Shown here one piece after another: positions 22,895-35,330 of a stretch of DNA of 64,000 nt. The notes beneath the pieces were generated by a model. The model was not told where the DNA came from. It worked only from the letters and a program-made list of their open reading frames with translations, and did not search any database. Numbering within the stretch: position 1 is the stretch's first letter; every line of letters starts with the position of its first letter. Source of the DNA: Malacoraja senta (Eukaryota); contig CM075977.1 in the NCBI GenBank assembly GCA_038087875.1, positions 97,960,001 to 98,024,000 on the forward strand. The letters are read 5' to 3'. Made by a program: the position numbers and the translations under genes.

Positions 22895-23984
22895 CCCACC
22901 ACGACCCTACCCTCTATCATAAAGGTCAGATGGAAGTTCTTGTCTTACTCGTTTTAGTATGAGACTATATTACTTCGGTTGTTGTTTTTTGTGATTTCAC
23001 ACCGCTGCTTTGAAGATTGACGCGCAGGCGCACTGGCGGGGTTCTTCACGTAATCACCTACGTAACTCCTCATAAAATAAAGATCAAACTTCAAACTTAG
23101 GTAAGTTCTCGTTTAATCTTACTATTCATTCTCAATATTCTTACCATTATGGAAGTTCAATATAATTTAACCGGACTGATTCATGGTATGACAGGGTTAA
23201 TGCTCTTCCTCAATGTAGCACAATCTGTGTGCATGGAAAGGACCTTGTAACAACCCAGCACCAGCACCCTCCACCTCAAAACCCCCCCAGAAATCTGCAA
23301 TTGCAGTCGGCAGTTCTTGTTAACTTCTGCAAGAGGAGGTAGTCTGCACATTGTGCTGATTCTGCCATGAGTAGTTCATTGTGTGTAGGGTGATTTGTGC
23401 ATCTGTGAGTATTGGATATATCATATAATAATATAATGAAGCAGTTAATTGCCAATATAACTAAACAGTTGTTGAAAGTTAGATTTGTTTTCACGGATGT
23501 TGAGCACCCAGGTGAGATCAATAATTTTTCTCTCTGCCATTGCCAGGACCTGGAGACGTAATCCTTGTCATTCCTCTGCTTAGCCATCTTTGCCCATTGA
23601 TGCTTAACCTATATACTGGTTAACTTCCTGGGACCTTGAGCATGCAGGATCCTAACACTGGTTTGAGATAGCTATTGTCTCTCATTTGAGGAATCCTATC
23701 ATGACTACAATCAGTCGTAGTTCCCTTCAGCTTGTGCCTGGAACTTCAAAGATTATGTCATTATTGTGCATAAAAAAGGAGCATGGTGGCATGAATTTCA
23801 CAAATTCACGAATACAAATTCACGAAAATGAATGTAAGCATGAATTTCTTCTGCATGCGGCACTAAGACAAACTATTTAAACATAAATCATGCCTGATTA
23901 AAATGTTTCAAGCATTCCCTAACAAAGCATAACAATTCCAATTCAGTCCCTTCAAGTAACGAGTTTCTGAATCTGTCTATTATA

Positions 23985-24240
23985 AGAACATGAGAAATAG
24001 GAAGCAGAGGAGGACAACTGGCCCTCTGAGCCATGTCCACCTTTCATCAAGATCATATCTGATCTCCCACCTCAGTGCCATTTTTCAGCACTTCTTTCCT
24101 TTCCTCCAATTCCCTAATGTTCAAAAATGTATTACTCTCTGCATTGAATGAACACAATGACTGAGCCTCCATGGCCCTTCAGGGAAACAGAGTTTCAATG
24201 GTTCACTCAAATTTCTCCTCACCTCAGTCCTAAAAGGCAT
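23985..24240 (-). mobile_element. Old CR1 3' end
   Basis: ATAAGAACATGAGAAATAGG tail and TTTCTCCTCACCTCAGTCCTAAA motif. Interrupted by the MITE at 24253. Confidence 0.6.
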
Positions 24241-24383
24241 ATTTACTCCTTATAGGGCTGTCCCACTGCAGCGACCTAATCCGCCAGTTAAGAAGACTGT
24301 CTTCAACCTTCAAGCTCGAGGGCACTCGCCTGGAAAACCTCCAGCTGGATCGACCGTCGCGTTGAAACTGCCAAACAAATAAA

Positions 24384-24558
24384 TCACACTCACATTCACA
24401 CTCACACTCACACTCACACTCACACTCTCACTCTCACTCTCACTCGCACTCGCACTCGCACTCGCACTCGCACTCGCACTCGCACTCGCACTCGCACTCG
24501 CACTCGCACTCGCACTCACACTCGCACTCGCACTCACACTCACACTCACACACACACA
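24384..24558. repeat. Compound microsatellite (CACACT)n/(CGCACT)n/(CA)n
   Basis: Directly visible. Confidence 0.95.
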
Positions 24559-24887
24559 CGGCGGGGGCCAGGGAAAGCGGGGGAGCGCTGTCTGAAATTC
24601 ACACCCGGGATGAAGAGGAAGGTAAAAGACGGCTGCAGGAAGGGGAGAGAAGGAAGGGGAGAAAGGGGGGGAGAAAGGGAGGGTGGAGAAGGAGTGGAGA
24701 CACTTTTATGAAGTATAATAAAGTTTACCGGGCATTTTACCTACCGGTTGGTTTTCCTTGGTCCTGAAAACCCCAGAGCCAATTAAAATGCCCGGTCAGC
24801 GAAGGAGATTGCACATGGCTGCCCTTGACTGCCTTTAACTACATAGCGACCCCACTCCACTGCACTACGAGTTAAAAAGAATCATGC

Positions 24888-25370
24888 CTGATTCCTGGGA
24901 TGTCAGGACTCTCATATGAAGAAAGACTGGATAGACTTGGCTTATACTCGCTAGAATTTAGGAGATTGAGAGGGGATCTTATAGAAACGTACAAGATTCT
25001 TATGGGGTTGGACAGGCTAGATGCAGGAAGATTGTTCCCGATGTTGGGGAAGTCCAGGACAAGGGGTCACAGCTTAAGGATAAGGGGAAAATCCTTTAAG
25101 ACCGAGATGAGGAAAAACTTTTTCACACAGAGAGTGGTGAATCTCTGGAACTCTCTGCCACAGAGGGTAGTTGAGGCCAGTTCATTGGCTATATTTAAGA
25201 GGGAATTAGATGTGGCCCTTGTGGCTAAAGGGATCAGGGGGTATGGAGAGAAGGCAGGTACGGGATACTGAGTTGGATGATCAGCCATGATCGTATTGAA
25301 TGGCGGTGCAGGCTCGAAGGGCCGAATGGCCTACTCCTGCACCTAATTTCTATGTATCTATGTATCTATG
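24888..25370 (+). mobile_element. Young 5'-truncated CR1
   Basis: Intact ORF 24900-25271, tail (CTATGTAT)n, and ATGCC at both junctions. Confidence 0.95.
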
Positions 25371-25889
25371 CCGACCAATTTTTACTCGTGGAAAATTTTT
25401 CAACATGCTGAAAATTTTTCCGCGACCTAGCTGAGGCCGCAAGTATTCGGGAAGTTCCCTTGAGCATGAAGGAGAGTTCCAGTGACCTCACAGGATCTCC
25501 TAGGACCACATGTCGACCATGCTGCGATCTTGAAGGTCGAAGACACTCTTCTAAACTCGCAGATTGGGTCGCCGCAGTGGGACAGCTCCTTTATTCAAAA
25601 CACCGGTCATAGACTCTGCAGACGAGGAAAACAATTCTACCTGCGTGTAGTCCATTGTCTTTTAAGAATTTTATTTGCTCCAATGACATCACTTTTCATT
25701 CTTCTGAACTCCAGAGAATACATTCCCAATCTGCTCATCTATCCATTCCCGGAACGATCTTTTGATCACTTTACTACAGCCCCTCAAGTGTAGTAATCGC
25801 TCTAAAATAAATTATTTCAAAACTCTGGCTTCTGATCATCAAGTATTTGGCGCTTATGAGTTTTCATCAGCACCAACTTTACTAAAATA

Positions 25890-26225
25890 GACACAAGAAA
25901 CTGCAGATGCTGGTCTCTAGAGCAAAATACTAAGCGGTGGTGGAACCCAGCAGGTCAGGCAGCATCTGGGGAGGGAATGGACACGTGACATTTCAGGTGA
26001 GGTTTCCACCTCAGTACTTCATTAATATGTATTTTTATGAATACTTAGTTCTTTCAGTTCCTCATTTTCACTTGTTGTAGGAAAAACTGCAAATGCAGGT
26101 TTAAACCAAAGATAGACACAAAATGCTGAAGTAACAGCGTGATGGGCAGCATCTTTGGAGAGAAGGAATGGCCATTCCTTCTATCCAGAGATGCTGCCTG
26201 TCCCGCTGAGTTACTCCAGCATTTT
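25890..26225. mobile_element. Two Penelope-derived fragments
   Basis: AACTGCAGATGCTGG arm at about 25898, and a second palindromic copy at 26076-26225. Confidence 0.65.
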
Positions 26226-26960
26226 CGTAGCAGGTTTTTGTGTCTTCTTCATGAAGGCAGATGCAAAGTGGCAATTTAATTCCTCCGCTGTGTCTTCATT
26301 CCCCACTATTAGTTTTCCTGCCTATCTCTATATGGGATCATCATTGATCCTTGTTCCTTTAAAAGCTCTTACAGTCCATTGATTTGTTCCTCTCCAGTCT
26401 ATTCTCACAGTCTACATTCTTACATTTCATTTTGCCTTTCTTCATCAATTTCTCGCGTCTCATTTGCCAAGTTATAAAATGCTCCCAAACTTTAAGCCTA
26501 CTACTATTTTTTGCAACTTTATAAGCCTGTTTCAGTGATTTATTATCTTTAATTTTACTTGTCAGCCATGGATGAATCACTCTTCCTTTTGGGTTTTCAT
26601 GCCTGCAAGGAATATATTTTATTTGCAGCTTATATATTATTTCCTCAAATGCTGACCAGTTCCTGTCCTCCATCATATCCTTTGATGTATTTTCCTAATC
26701 AACCACAGCTATCCCTCCTCTCATACCTTCATAGTTTATTTATTTTACATTCAAAACCCTGGCTTTGCATTGAATAATATCATAAGCAATTCAAATTCAA
26801 ATTCTATCACATTTTGGTCACTCTTTTCCAAAGACCCCATGACAAAAAAATAATCAATTCATTATTTCACAATGCCAACAAAAAGATACAAAATAGCTTT
26901 TTCTCCAGTTAACTCAATGTATTGATCCAGATAAGTGATTCCTATGCATTCCATGAATTT
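26226..26960 (-). mobile_element. Old CR1 ORF2 fragment
   Basis: ORF 26359-26676 (W.AF..II..LQ.KYIP..HPWLT..IK) is typical of the CR1 linker region. Confidence 0.65.
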
Positions 26961-27355
26961 TACAGCAAATTTGTTTTACATTGAGATGATAGTCTCCCAT
27001 TACATTTGGTTTTGGTTATTATTGTCACATGAACCAAGGTACAGTGAAAAGCTTTGTTTGCATGCTTTCCAAACAGATCAGATATACTATACAAAGATAC
27101 AATCATTTCAAACTCGATACAATAGATAGAGCAAACATTACACCACTACTTGCAGCCTATAAATAACTGACTATTTTTTTTCCTTGTCTATTTCTCAGTT
27201 TGACACCAATTTATTCTAATTCTACATCACAGTATGTCAGGCCAAGATTATTTTACACCACTGCAATGATCTTCACCCTTATTAATAGTGCTCCATCATA
27301 CCACATGCCTTTTTTGCCTGTCCCTCAAAGCAAAACATGCTTGAACATTGAACTG

Positions 27356-27449
27356 TTTCTATGACGGCAATTAGATCGCAACTATGTACTTCTATTTGTA
27401 CATCTTTCTATGACGGCAATTAGATCGCAACTATGTACTTCTATTTGTA
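27356..27449. repeat. Perfect 45-bp tandem duplication
   Basis: 27356-27400 equals 27405-27449, separated by CATC. Confidence 0.95.
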
Positions 27450-27512
27450 ATTCATTTCCCTTGTTGAGAATGCCGTGAGCATTCAGATACAACATCTTTA
27501 ATTTTGTCCTAA

Positions 27513-27842
27513 TAGCCCTGTCCCACGGTACAAGTTCATTCCAAGAGCTCTCCCGAGTTTAAAAAAAATCAAACTTGTGTTAAGCACAGAGAATGAACGA
27601 GGCGGGGACGTCGGAGCTCGGGGACGTCTCTTAGCAGCTCGTAACGCTAACGGCAGGTACTCGGGAAGACTCGCTAACGGCAGGTGAGCACGGCAAGACT
27701 CGTGAAGATTTTTCAACACGTTGAAAAATGTCCACGAGAGCCCCGAGTACCGACGAGCGGCCATTACTGTAAATCTCCGAGTTCGAATCAGGGCAAACTC
27801 GGGAGAGCTCTTGGAATGAACTCGTACCGTGGGACAGGGCTT
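27513..27842. mobile_element. PIF/Harbinger-type MITE
   Basis: TAA|TAGCCCTGTCCCACGGTAC..TTCATTCCAAGAGCTCTCCCGAGTTT ... AAACTCGGGAGAGCTCTTGGAATGAA..GTACCGTGGGACAGGGCTT|TAA. Confidence 0.87.
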
Positions 27843-28244
27843 TAAGTCTGTCAAAGAAGATTGATAATGGTAGTTTCAAATTAGTTCCATAACTATTCTG
27901 TTTGGCTGTTAGGAATATACCTATAATCACTCAATCTATTTTGAAAAGAATGCTTCCAATCACCAGTGAGAAAAAGTTGAATAAGTTACTTTTACAGGAA
28001 TATATGTTTGTAAATGAATTAAACATGTAATGTCGTTTGTTATCAAATATTACATACATCTACTGCAAATTCAGTCTTAAATATTAAATGATTTCCCAAA
28101 CATTTTGAAGCAGATGTTTGAGATCATGAGGAATCAAGTACAAATATTTGGCAAGGGGAATAGAAATGAAATGCTTAGTAGGAATGGAATATTTTTAAAA
28201 CAAAAATAATATGTATTGTGGAATATATTGATGGTAGCTCACCT

Positions 28245-28780
28245 CAGTTCAGTGCAGTTTAGTTTATTATCACGTGTACTGAGGTACAGTGAAATTTTTT
28301 TGTTGCATGTTAACCAGTCAGCGGAAAGACAATACATGACTACAATCGAGCCATTTACAGTGTATAGATACATGATAAGGGAATAATGTTTAGCGCAGGT
28401 AAAGCCAGTGAAGTCCAATCAAAGATAGTCTGAGGGTCACCAATGAGGTACATAGTAGTTCAGCACTGCTCTCTAGTTGTGGTAGGATGATTCAGTTGTC
28501 TGATAACAGCTGGGAAGAAACTGTCCCTGAATCTGGAGGTGTGCGCTGTCACACTTCTATACCTTTTGCTCGATGGGAGCGGGGGGAAAAGGAAGTGGCC
28601 GGGATGCGACATCCTTGATTATGCTGCTGGCCTTGCCAAGGCAGCGTGAGGTATAAATGGAGTCAATGGAATGGAGGTTGGTTTGGTGATGGTCTGGGCT
28701 GCGTCCACAATTTGCTGCAATTTCATGCGGTCTTGGATGGAGCTGTTCCCAAACCAAGCTGTGATGCATCCTGATAATAT
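28245..28780 (-). mobile_element. Rex1/Babar-type LINE 3' fragment
   Basis: Translation SIDSIYTSRCLGKASSIIKD and CITAWFGN in the alternate frame, typical of the Rex1 C-terminus. Confidence 0.75.
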
Positions 28781-30360
28781 GGAAGGAATGTCTCAAGGAA
28801 TGTAGATTCCCAATGCAGAGCTTTGCCTTATCTGGTCCATATACAGTGACCATTTATGTGCTGGTGGAGTTTTGTTGATTCATTTTAAAGGCTAGAACAT
28901 TTTAAAGGATATGCCAAACTCCTACACCTATAGTTCCGTTGTGTATTGTGTATTAATGTCACATTGAAAAAAATAATGCAGAAATTAACCTGCAGAATAG
29001 ACTTAAAATGGTCATTAAATTGAAAGTGCATCCAAATTGTGTAGATCGATAAAATTCAAATTAATTTTTTAGCTATAAGTACACATCTAGTGCATCTCAA
29101 ACTAGCTATGGACAGTTAAATATAATGCAACTAAACTCTCTTAATCAGTTTAAAGGACCCAGGAAATTAGCGAGGAGGGTAACACTGCATGTCTTGAAAA
29201 AACACTTAATTGAATGTCAACCAACTGCAAATTGAATTGAAAAACATGCCCAAAAAGCCTACGTCATCCAGGAGGGAACAACAGTAAACCAAAACATATC
29301 ATGTACATTTCATTTGTACTGGCCATTAAAAAACCCTAACAATTTACCCGAGGGCAAAAAAAAAGAACATTATGCTTGAAACAGACAGTCCTTCGTTATT
29401 CTTCACATCCATTAGTGACAATGCAGTGTTTGCTTCGGCTCCGGGCAGTTTTTTTTAAGCAAACTCCTTTTGCAGTCCGATCAATGTCAAGTGGCGTTAA
29501 CAGCAATGTTTAATTCTATCAATATGGAACCAATTGTGTTATATTGCTTGCTCATTGATTTCACATTGTGCTAAAGTCTTTCACTTACAAAGGCTAAATT
29601 TCCGAAGCTGCCATAAACAAGTGACAAATACCTTTAAATGCTTTGTGCTGAAGCTTTACTCGTTGCAGTTCTTAGATTCTCCCCATTGCCACACACTTCC
29701 ATTCACAATAACTTCAAGCTGCAGACTAATGATGAGATAAGACAATGTTTGCCACTCATATTAACTTTAAAAAAAAAGTGTTTTATTAAATGCCCAAATT
29801 GCATTCTCAACGATGTTCACATTCAGCTGTGGATACCTCAATCTGTGAACCATTGAGAAGCGTTGTCTGATTGTGGTGGGCTGTGATGATGAATAAAAAC
29901 AAGACCTACACATGGAGAGACAATCTTAAGCTAAAAAGACATGTGGAACAGGTTCTTTGGGTTACTGGAAAATATTGAGGAAGAGGATGAGAGAAGTCCA
30001 ATTGATTTTAAATTGGCTTGTTAAAAAGTATTCACTTTAATTTGGGGGAACTTCAAAACTTACTTAACTTAAGTGTTCAATGAATATGTAATTGTTTTGA
30101 ACAGGCCAAGCAGAGTTCATTGTGAGATCAATTTTCATTAATTAAAATTATTTTGCAGCAATAATATGAAGTGCCCACAATTATTGAATTGTCTTGTAGA
30201 AACTTTTAAGAGATTAGAAAATTATAATTCAGTACTCAGGCTGCTGCAACCAATCTTTCTAGTTGTCTAATCCTTCTAAATGTCTAAACCTCTATCTCTA
30301 AGCCCTCTGTGCAAGACCTGCACTTCGGCATGTTCTTTTCAATGAACTGAGAATGTTAAT

Positions 30361-30694
30361 TTAGTTTTGTTTAAATTAGAGATACAGTGCGGAAACAGGC
30401 CCTTCGGCCCACCGAGTCTGCACCGACCAGCGATCCCCGCACATTAACACTATCCTACACACACTGGGGACAATTTTTTAAAACATTTTATACCAAGCCA
30501 ATTAATCTACAAACCTCTATGCCTTTGGAGTGTGGAGGGAAATCGAAGATCTCGGAGAAAACCGTAGATCTCGGAGGAAACCGAAGCAGGTCACGGGGAG
30601 AACGTACAAACACCGTACAGACAAGCACCCATAGTCGGGATCAAACCAGGGTCTCTGGTGCTGCAAGGAAATAGCTCTACCATTGTGCCACCAT
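30361..30694 (-). mobile_element. V-SINE (HE1-like)
   Basis: Colinear with 2013-2320, with a small internal duplication AGATCTCGGAG. Confidence 0.85.
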
Positions 30695-31109
30695 GCTTGT
30701 TCACATTTATAATGATTTTATCCATGATATGCAAGTGAGCAGTCTGCAGGGATTTTAAATTTCTGAGCTATTAAGAGGGGAAGTTCTGAGGACCTGACAC
30801 TTAAGATAGAGAACATGCAAAGATCACGGCAAGGCATCAAGTTTTCTCCCTTCACTCTCCAATTTCTTACATAAGCTCCAGCTCCAGTTGCTAATGCTTG
30901 TCACTTCCTGGGATGAGCGATCAAATATTGATAAAGCACTGCAGCAATTTAAGGAGATTCCAATTTTAAAATGATCATACAAAAACAAATTATGTTGTTG
31001 CATTTCAACAAATGGTGAAAAGTACTTCTATTTGTAGAAACGTTCCCTGCAGTTTTGTTCTCAGGAGAACTAACTTCTGCTTGTATTCACCAATGCAACA
31101 GTTGGTAGA

Positions 31110-32265
31110 AGTTTAGTTGAGGTTTTTTTATTGCCATGTGTACCGAGGTACAGCGAAGAGCTTTTGTTTGCATGTCATCCAGTCAAAGAAAGACTCTACA
31201 TGAATACAATCAAGCTGTCCACAGCGCATGTACAAAGGGTATAACATTTAGTGCAAGATATAACATTGAAATCCAATAAAGTCCAATTAAAGATAGTTCA
31301 AAGGTCTCTAATGAGGTGGATGGGAGGTCAGGACCGCACTCTAGCTGGTGAGAGGATCATTTACTTGCCTCGTAATAGCCAAGAAGAAATTGCTCCTGAA
31401 TCTGCAGGTTTGTGTTTTCAAACTTTTGTACCTCTTGACTTATGGGAGAGGGGAGAAGAGGGAGTGACCGGGGTGGGACTGGTCCTTGATTATGCTGGTT
31501 GCCTTACTGAGGCAGCATGAAGTGTAGATGGAGCCAATGGAAGGGAGGCTGGTTTGTGTCATGGTCTGGGCTATGTCCACAACTTCCTGCTATTTCTTGC
31601 GGTCTTGAATGATGCTGTTATGCATCCTGATAAAATGCTTTCTGTGGTGCATCCGTAGAAGTTGGGGACATACTGAATTTCCTAAGCCTTCTAGGGAAGT
31701 AGAAGGAAAGCGTTGGTGCTTCCTTGGCCATAGTTATGATGTGGCTGGTCCAGGTGAAATTGCTATTTATATTTATTCCTAGGAATTTGCAGTTTTCGAC
31801 CTCCTCTACTTCAGCACCATCAATGTAGAATGGGTGTGTGTTTTGCTTTGCTTCCTGAAATCAAGCACTATCTCCTTTGTCTTGCTGACATTGAGGGAGA
31901 GGTTGGTGTCTTGGCAAAATGGTGCAAGATTCTCAATCTTCTTTCTGTATTCCATGGTGTCATTCTTCGATATCCGGCCCACCACATTGGTGTCGTCTGA
32001 GAACTTGTAGATTGAGTTGGATTGGTATTTGGCTGCAAGGTCATGGGTGTTTCAGGAGTATAATAGGGGCTGAGAATGCATCCTTGAGGGGCACCAGTTT
32101 TGAGGATTATCCTAGAGGATAATTTGTCACCCATCCTCACTGATTGTGGGCTGTTGGTCAGGAAGTCAAGGATCCAGTTGCAGAAATGATTGCTAACTGT
32201 GAGTTCCACAAGTTTGGAGATGAACTTGCTTGGAATAATGGTATTGCAAGCAGAGCTGTAAGTGG
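31110..32265 (-). mobile_element. Rex1/Babar-type LINE fragment (RT to 3' end)
   Basis: ORF 31868-32209 (CNWILDFLTNSPQSVR..TGAPQGCILSP). The tail matches that at 28245. Confidence 0.8.
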
Positions 32266-32559
32266 ACGTTGTGTTGCACAGTTCTCAGAGCAAGTAATCA
32301 GTGCCCAGAATGTCAGCATGGTAGATATTCAGCGTGTGCAAATACACAGCAACATTGCAAACATGTTTCCAGGAATGTTTATATTCCATTCTTCATTGTG
32401 CTACAAATGAACACTATCCACATACTTCCAGCACACTCTGGTTATGTAAGTGACCAAATAGCAAATATAAAAAAAGGAACATCTTCATCGTGCCTTGACT
32501 GAATGCCAAGAGAACGTTTTTAACATTGGACAATCCTGATATTGTCACGGCCATCCTGC

Positions 32560-33000
32560 AGCACCAATCACCAATCTTGGTCAAAAGATTGCATGTTCAA
32601 GCCACACACCAAAGACTTGAGCACAAAAACAAAACTAAATCCGTAGATACTGTAAATATGAAATATAAACAGAAAATGTTGAATTTACTCAGCAGAACAG
32701 ACAGCATCTTTGGACATAGAAATAAGGTTAATGAGTCAGGTCAAAATGGTAGCTCTGCTTCTTTCTCAACAGATGCTATCCGATTTACTGAGCATTTGAA
32801 GCATTGTCTATTTTAATTGCATGAGTAAAAAAGTAGGTCGATCCCTCAAAACAGCACTAAAATAGTGTTCCACTGCTGAAGGCTACATCTTCTAGATGAG
32901 ATTTCAAACTCTGCCACTCTTTAACTTCAGATGTCTGTAAAATCTTTCAGAGCATGGGAGTTCTCTGAATATCCTGGCCAATATTTTGCCCTCAACAAAG
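32560..33000 (+). mobile_element. SacSINE1/DeuSINE-like old SINE interrupted by a Penelope-derived fragment (about 32635-32815)
   Basis: GTTCAAGCC..AAAGACTTGAGCAC, TCTAGATGAGA and GTTCTC..TCCTGGCCAATATT..CCCTCAAC motifs recalled from the shark DeuSINE consensus. Confidence 0.45.
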
Positions 33001-33007
33001 TGATAAC

Positions 33008-33243
33008 ACAGTTTACACCCCAGCGGTATGAACATTGACTTCCCTAATTTCAGGTAGTCCCTGCTTTCTCCTCCCCTTCCCAGCTCTCCCTCAGCCCACT
33101 GTCTCAGCCTCTTCCTTCCTTCTTCCCAACCCCCCACCCTCACATCAGTCTGAAGAAGAGTCTCAACCCGAAACGTTGCCTATTTCCTTCGCTCCATAGA
33201 TGCTGCCTCACCCGCTGAGTTTCTCCAGCATTTTTGTCTACAC
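33008..33243 (+). mobile_element. Penelope 3' end (GIY-YIG C-terminus plus hammerhead core)
   Basis: SLHPSGMNIDFPNFR* parallels the end of ORF 61050-61376. CTGAAGA...GAAACGTT lies at 33150-33177. Confidence 0.8.
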
Positions 33244-33734
33244 AGATTATGAAGTTACTTCCATTTTTTTGTGGGCAAACCATGTGTAGCTTTACCTATC
33301 ATATACCCTATACTGCAATGGTTACTACATTAAAAAAATAAAATTCATAAGCTTTCAACTACTGAAGATGTTAGGCGATTTTGAAGCACTATAAATAAAT
33401 AAAAGCTGTTTCTTTCTTTCTTCTCTATTTCTGCCAAATATTCAGTGCTTCGAGGGAATGTTTGGATACCATTTATATCAGTGGATAAATAGGAATCCAG
33501 AGTACAGATATTCAGGATTGAAATCATGCCAAAAAGGTTTGAGAACTTGAATGCAGTTTTAAAAATCAGTAAATAAAAAGATGGTGTTGGTAAAAGAGAT
33601 GATAAAAGTACCATATTGTTGTATTAACATAACTTATTCATTAATATCCTCTGTCCGCATCCAATGTGGTTGAATTTTAATGCTATCTCATGCATCCTAG
33701 AAAGCTACTGGGTCATATTAAACATGGGTCAGAC

Positions 33735-34395
33735 AACATCCCTGGAGAACAGGAATAGTTGACGTTTCCCCAGAATCTCAGCGTGAAGAAGGATCTCGAA
33801 CCGAAAAGTCACCCTATTCCTTTTCTCCAGAGATGCTGTCTGACCCGCTGAGTTACTCCAGCTTTTTGTGTCCATCTTCGACTTAAACCAACATCTGCAG
33901 TTCCTTCCCACACATTGGGACATATTAAACCTCTGCATCGCCTTCTCAGTAAAACTACAGGTTCATATTGTAATCCAAAAAATGAATTTTTAAAAATCCA
34001 CATGAAACAAAAATAAGAAGTCTTAAAGAGCGATTGAATGTAGAACGTATGAAGATCTTGTTGTTTGTTTACCAACTGCCCATAATTAATGCCACTGATT
34101 TCTCCAGTCTTCAGGTTTTATGTAACTGATACCACATTTACGACTGTTAAAGTCTACACCTACTAGGTGACGCTATTTAGTGTATGTGTAAATATAATGG
34201 TTACTAATAGGTGGTAATGCATCGTGAAGGCATTGAACCTCACGGTGACGTTTTGGGTCAAGACCCTTCTTCAGCCTTCTCGACCCGAAATGTCACCCAT
34301 TCCTTCTCTCCAGAGATGTTGCCTGTCCTCCTGTGTTACTCAAGCTTTTTTTGTCTATCTTCGGTTTAAACAAGCATCTGCAGTTCCTTCCTACC
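33735..34395. mobile_element. Two Penelope-derived fragments (33735-33912 and 34243-34395)
   Basis: Both have hammerhead-like cores and CATCTGCAGTTCCTTCC ends. Confidence 0.7.
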
Positions 34396-34404
34396 CAATT
34401 CCTG

Positions 34405-35330
34405 TTTGTCATCAATATCAATGATTTGGATGAGAACGTACATGGCATGGATTAGCAATTTTGCACATGACACAAAAGTGGGTGGTATTGTAGATAGTGA
34501 AGATGGATGTCAAACATTGCAGCAGGACATTGATCAGTTGGACAGGTGGGCTGAGGAATGGTTAATGAAATTTAATACAGAAACATGTGAGGTGTTGCAT
34601 TTTGGGATGTTTAACATGGGCAGCACCTACACAGTGAATTGTAGGACTCAGGGGAGTGTTGTAGAGCAGAGGGATCTAGGAGTGCAGGTACATAGTTCCT
34701 TGAAAGTGGCGTCAAAAGTAGTCAAAAAGGCTTTCAGCACGCATTGGCCTAAATCAGAGTTTTGAATATAGAAGTTGAGAGGTCATGTTACAGTTAATAT
34801 ATAAGATGTTGGTAAGGGCACATTTAGAGTATTATGTCCAGTTTGGGGCACCATGTTTTAGGAAATATGTTGTCAAGTTAGAAAGGGTGCAGAGAAGATT
34901 TACGAGGATGTTGCCAGCACTCAAGGGTCTGAGCCATAGGGAGAGGTTGAGCAGGCTAGCACTATCCTTGAAGCACAGGAGGATGAGAGTGATCTTATAT
35001 AGGTGTACAAAATCATAAGTGGAATAGATCGAGTAAACACACAGAGTCTCTTGCCCAGAGTAGGGGAATCGAGAACCAGAGGACATAGGTTTAAGGTGAG
35101 AGGGGAAAGATTTAATCGGAACCCGAGGGCTTGCTTTTTTACACAAAGGGTGATGGGTGTATAGAACAAGCTGCTGGAGGAGGTAGTTGAGTCAGGTACA
35201 TGGATAGGACACGTTTAGAGGGATATTTGCCAAATGCAGGCAGGTGTGACTAGTGTAGATGAGACATGTTGGTCAAGGTGGACAAGTTGGGCAGAGGGGC
35301 CCGTTTTCACGCTTTATGACTTTAGGACTC
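34405..35330 (+). mobile_element. Degraded CR1 RT and 3' end
   Basis: ORFs 34406-34765 (ISNFAHDTKVGG, RDLGV) and 34785-35018 (LERVQRRFTRM). Confidence 0.88.

Larger units (their letters stand above)
18374..23126 (+). mobile_element. DIRS1-type tyrosine-recombinase retrotransposon, full length, coding regions decayed
   Basis: A 35-bp ITR pair (18401-18435 and 23018-23052), an ICR at 22783-22894 complementary to both ends, and ATT at both termini. Domains run gag-like, RT, RNase H, MT and YR in order. Confidence 0.95.
24253..25590. mobile_element. PIF/Harbinger-type non-autonomous element with nested CR1 and microsatellite
   Basis: TTA|TAGGGCTGTCCCACTGCAGCGACCTAATC...GATTGGGTCGCCGCAGTGGGACAGCTCCT|TTA. 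Confidence 0.82.

Noticed and set aside
24310-24555. Ser-Ala repeat ORF
   Set aside because: Translation of a hexamer microsatellite.
27356-27449. Direct repeats suggestive of a CRISPR-like array
   Set aside because: Only two units with a 4-nt spacer, in a eukaryotic context with no cas genes.
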